Assembly (NCBI GenBank): GCA_002269645.1
Contig: NIVC01001603.1
Location: 5,082-69,081 of the forward strand
Reading direction: 5' to 3'
DNA length: 64,000 nt
Source of the DNA: Macrostomum lignano
Lineage: Eukaryota
The notes under the pieces were generated by a model. It was not told the DNA's origin. It saw only the letters and a program-made list of their open reading frames with translations, and searched no databases. Positions 35,046 through 64,000 of this stretch are shown one piece after another. Position 1 is the stretch's first letter, and each line of letters starts with the position of its first letter. Made by a program: the position numbers and the translations under genes.

Positions 35046-36455
35046 TCACTCGCAAGCGCTAGCAGCCAGCAGTTGCAGAGCTACTCGTCCGTGTTTGTCA
35101 GCCGAGTTGCCTCTAGTGGCGCCGGTGCAGTCGATGCCGCTGCAGAACGAGCCGCCGCCGCCTCCAGAGTGGCGGTAGCCCAGTCCAGCTCCGCCACCGC
35201 TGAAGCCTCCGCCAGCTCCGCCGGCTCCGTTCAGGGTCTCGGTTTCGCCTCCACCGCCTCCACCGCCGCCACCGCCGCCGAAGCCGCCTTTGCCAGCGCT
35301 GCTGTCTCCGGCTCTGCCGCCGATCCAGCCTTCTTCCAAACCACCCCCTCGTTCGCCGTCACCGGAGCTTCGCCTCGGGTTGACGGCCCTGCCCAGCCAG
35401 CCGGCGCCGCAGCCGCCGTGGAACATAAAGGATGAAGCTCGACTCGGATCATTGAAGCCCGGCTGACCGTTGGCGCCACCAAAGCCTCTCGTCAAATCAA
35501 TGTCACCGATGGAATCCGTTCCGTTCATGTCTATCCGTCCCGGTCCTCCGTCTAGTGGTTTAAATGCTCGCGATTGTTGTTCTGTTTTTGGTGAATTTTA
35601 AAGAAAAAAGAAAGCAATTTTCCCACCACTCGCTCCCTGAGAAGAGCAGCCACCGCCACCGCCAGCCGCAATCAGCAGCTGCTGATCCACAGTCCGGTAC
35701 ACGAAGCTGCCTCCGCCGCCGCCGGCTCCCGATGTATTTGAGTTGGCAGAGCCGCCCGCCTGCCCGACCACGATAGAGAGCTGGGTGCCGGCTGTCAGGT
35801 TGAAGCTGCCAGCTGCCAAGGCGCCGAGACCTCCACTCGTCTCAGTGAACGAGTTGTCGCCGCCTTTGGCTCCGGCCACCTCGATGCGGTAGCAGCCGGT
35901 GACGTTGATCAGAGCGAGCTGGACGGAGCCGTTTCTGCCTGAGCTGCTGTCTGTGGATTTTGAGTGCCCCTAATATAAACAAACTGATGCTGCTGTTATA
36001 CTTAGTTAGGAATCAATTTCTGAAGTCCAAATAGGTCATTAATAGTTCAAAATAGTCACCAACTGAAGTAGTTTCAATGTATTTTTATTTTATGCGATGG
36101 GAGAGATTTAACTCACTCAAAAAAAATCGCACCGTGCTCTTCATTGAAATGGAAGCAGCGAAGCTCTCAGCTGCCCAGACTCTGTCTCCAGGCTCCGCTC
36201 CGAGAAGCCGACTCACGTGAGCTCCTGGAGGTCCTGCCGACATCAGGGAGTCAAAGACGGTGACAATTCGACAAATTTGCATCATCTTGTTTAGAACTGC
36301 AAGGACGCAGAGCTTTGCTTGGCACAGAGCCAAGCACTTGATGCCGGATTGAACTCCAGTCACGTTTACGACAGCACTTTTGATGCTTTCGTTGAAAAGC
36401 ACGGGTTTCTCGTAGTCAACAAAGCGATTCACAGCGCTCTGGGACGTGGTCGACT
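35046..36455 (-). CDS. Gene D: divergent PAN/Apple-like + ALK/LTK-type glycine-rich domain protein (first exon not located)
   Basis: Exons 36455-36117, 35950-35627, 35551-35046 join in frame (phase 1,1). CLALCQAKLCVLAVLNKMMQICRIV; GCYRIEVAGAKGG...GGFGGGGG...HGRV. Confidence 0.85.
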
Positions 36456-39105
36456 CTGAAATGGGTTACGTAAGGACTTAGCTAGTCACCACACCGAACA
36501 AAATTTTGCAGTAAACTGAAACTACCAATCAATAACCTGAAAGACTGCTTTGATAGAAGGGACTCAAGAAAGCGGGTAGAATTAACCAAAGTCGATTTTT
36601 TTTGCATTTTGAAATCTATTTATAGCTTTGTACAATCGTTTTAGATTTAGTCTTTACGAATTTTGGGATTTTAAAAGCCTTGGTTTTTGGTAGTGCCTAA
36701 AACCCTCAGCCAGTTCTTCGAACTTACCGCCAAGAACATCAACTGACGCTAAAGTTAGTAAAACCAGAAGACATAAACTCATGACTAATTGCAGGGTTGA
36801 ACAGTTGCTACACAGGTAATGCAGATGTGTTTCTTTGCAGCTGGGACCAAAAACTCTACTTTTTCACGCCTAATTTGCAATTCCCATTTAAACTGTAGTT
36901 TGTTGATTGACATCAAACACAGGAGCCCTGCGAAAGTCGTTACATTTAAGTCAGCATCAACCCAGCAGCAGCTTCTGCAACATCTTTGACAGCGAACATT
37001 TATGCAAAACGTTTTTTAGAGTCTGATACGTTATATTTGCCTTCATCTCCTACTTTCCCAGCTATCAAATGTGTGCCATAGTGGCTGCCATTTGTTTGCC
37101 TTGGGGCAATAAATCATTTATTTTCGCTCGTCCATGAGACATTGACACTTGGTCTCTAAAGGGGTAGGATAAAAGATCGAAGATAAAATAATTTCAGAAT
37201 ACTTCTAGATTTTTATCGAAGTGGCAAATAAATATATATTATTTTCGTCCTCAAGGTCACATAACCATACTGTGTATCCTCATCCGCCTTTGGGGCGAAT
37301 GGGAAGCACGAGGTTTTCTCTAAGGCAAGTGCTATAGGATTAGAAAAGCTATTGTCTAGGATGAAGTAGAAAAAGTAACCTTGAATTCGACTAGCCAGTA
37401 AAAGTGTGTATGCTGTATTGTAAATGAAAAATGATCACTACAGCGGAACAGCAAATGCAGATAAACTCACAAATAAAGAATCTAAAGATATAATCAGCCA
37501 TGGTCCTCTTAATGGTCATTTCAATGGCGAGCTGCCTCTTCCTGTCTCTTCCTTGTTGAAAAATTTCCAAAGACCAATCTCGAGCGATACTCTGACGAAA
37601 TTCTTTATTGTGAGGATCGGATCACGAGTGTCATCAGAAATGAGGGACGACAGGGAGACAGGAGTGCAGGCTGGCAACTACGCTCGTAAGGACACAGATC
37701 TCCTTTTCGTCGAATTTGAATTCACTTGGACTAGCTTTTTGCCAGACTGTGTGTTCATACACTAACGCCCACCTGCAGAAATAGATGAACTGATTTTGGA
37801 TTCAGTTTTAATGAGCAACTAACAGCAAAACCTCAGTACGAGGTACTATTAGTATAGTACAACACACCAGAAAATAATAAACGAAAGTTTTAAACTGGTT
37901 TTGCAGACACTTTTTGCAGTCCTAATACTCAACTCATTTAATCCTTATGAACTGCTGTCATATATTGATGTATTTTACATAATCAAACATTGGAAGTATA
38001 TGTCAGAAAATACTGTCTTGAAAAGGCCCTTTTATTGTATTGAGTTGGATCTGTCAGTACTGATCCGGGAAACTTCATAAAACAGAATGTGCTGCAGCAA
38101 GTCAAGAGCAGAGACAACAAGCAGCTGTTCCAACAGGAAAGAGATATTAGTCAAGTTAAGCACTGCGCACTAAGCAAGCCATAGCAAAAGACCTACGACC
38201 TAGATTGACTTCCCTGGAGTTAATTTAACTTGGATTCTGAAGAGTACTTATGGCCGATCGGAGAAGGAGAGTAAGTAGAGAGGCTTAGAGCTAAAAAAAA
38301 TCATTTTGCTTATTGCTTTTGTTCATGCTTTGAGCTACGTTGGAAACAGTATTGAAAGAAGAAGTTGTGCTCGTGCATACATGCAGAGTTTAAGTAGAAG
38401 CTTAAATTCCTCTCCCTCGTGGACGTACATGAAGCCCATGAGGGAGCTCAGTGCATGCAGATCAACAGTTAACACGTCTCGCGCCAAGGGTTTCCAGATT
38501 CGATTCCACGCTGCAGGGCTTGTGAGATGTAATTGTTGCTTCCACAGTGCAAACTCTGTGCTCTGTAATACAAAATTCCATAATACATTATACACGAGCT
38601 ATGTACGACATAAAAATTCCATAGGGCACACCGATAGAGAAAAACGTACAATTGCTAGATCTACGTTCGTACTGTCGCTGGTCGCTAGGAATATTTATTC
38701 GTACCAATAGGAAGGGATTATGGCAATTTTCCTACACAAAAAATTGGGGAGCGTGGACCGGAGCGGGCGAGAGTGGCGTTGAAAAAAATATTTCCCATTT
38801 CCTTTCCCAGACGAATAGGCGGGTAGCTTGGAAAGGGACACACATTTTTTTCTCCTCGGCTCGTCCTCTCACGAACGGTTCCTCGTTTCATCAGTTCTAC
38901 CGCCATCCCCTCAACTGCCCTGGAGGCCTAAAATCCTGTTTCCGAATCTGCATATGCACCACCTCTCTTTTCATGCCTACTAGAGCTGTTACAACCGTAT
39001 TTCCTTCCCCAATATATTGAAGCAGATTGCGACAATCTCAGTCTTGGGGATTGCAACAAATTTTCTTCTTTCAAAAACGGGTGCTGAAGTAGTCCAGCCT
39101 AACAG

Positions 39106-63795
<24,690 letters not shown>

Positions 63796-64000
63796 GTGAG
63801 ATAATGCAAAACTTGATTTTCAACTTGAAAAAAGTAGCAAGAGAATAATGTAAAGCGAGTCTCTTAATAGTTACAGCAAAATGATTGGGTACTGATAGTT
63901 TAAGGAACTTTGAACGTGTTTCCTCACTTGCAATCCTTGGTCAGCAGTTCTGATCAGTTGACAATGATAAGAGCTCAGAAGCCATTATATCCAGTTTTCT

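Overview
Eukaryotic, repeat-rich invertebrate-animal DNA with GT-AG introns. The style is reminiscent of the flatworm Macrostomum, but that is inference only. Host genes: (1) four paralogous multi-exon genes that encode a PAN/Apple-like domain fused to a stand-alone ALK/LTK-type glycine-rich domain, with no transmembrane or kinase part (A 6510-8541 +; B 12553-14929 -, pseudogene; C 25355-27176 -; D 35046-36455 -); (2) an intronless rhodopsin-class GPCR with one frameshift (10032-11205 -), lying between the inverted duplicates A and B; (3) a Slo2/KCNT Na+-activated K+ channel gene (39106 to beyond the window end, +) with two phase-compatible first exons. Mobile DNA: a hammerhead-ribozyme-bearing, Penelope/retrozyme-like insertion with a 13-bp TSD that splits a Crypton-like tyrosine-recombinase relic and contains a P-type transposase exon and a solo LTR; three non-autonomous Helitrons carrying 18-bp and 23-bp satellite arrays, two of them head-to-tail; a tRNA-derived SINE with TSD; fragments of two LINE families; a deleted Tc1-like element; several MITEs; many mini- and microsatellites. 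No CRISPR arrays, rRNA genes or true tRNA genes are supported. All calls come from manual reading and translation; no database search was run.
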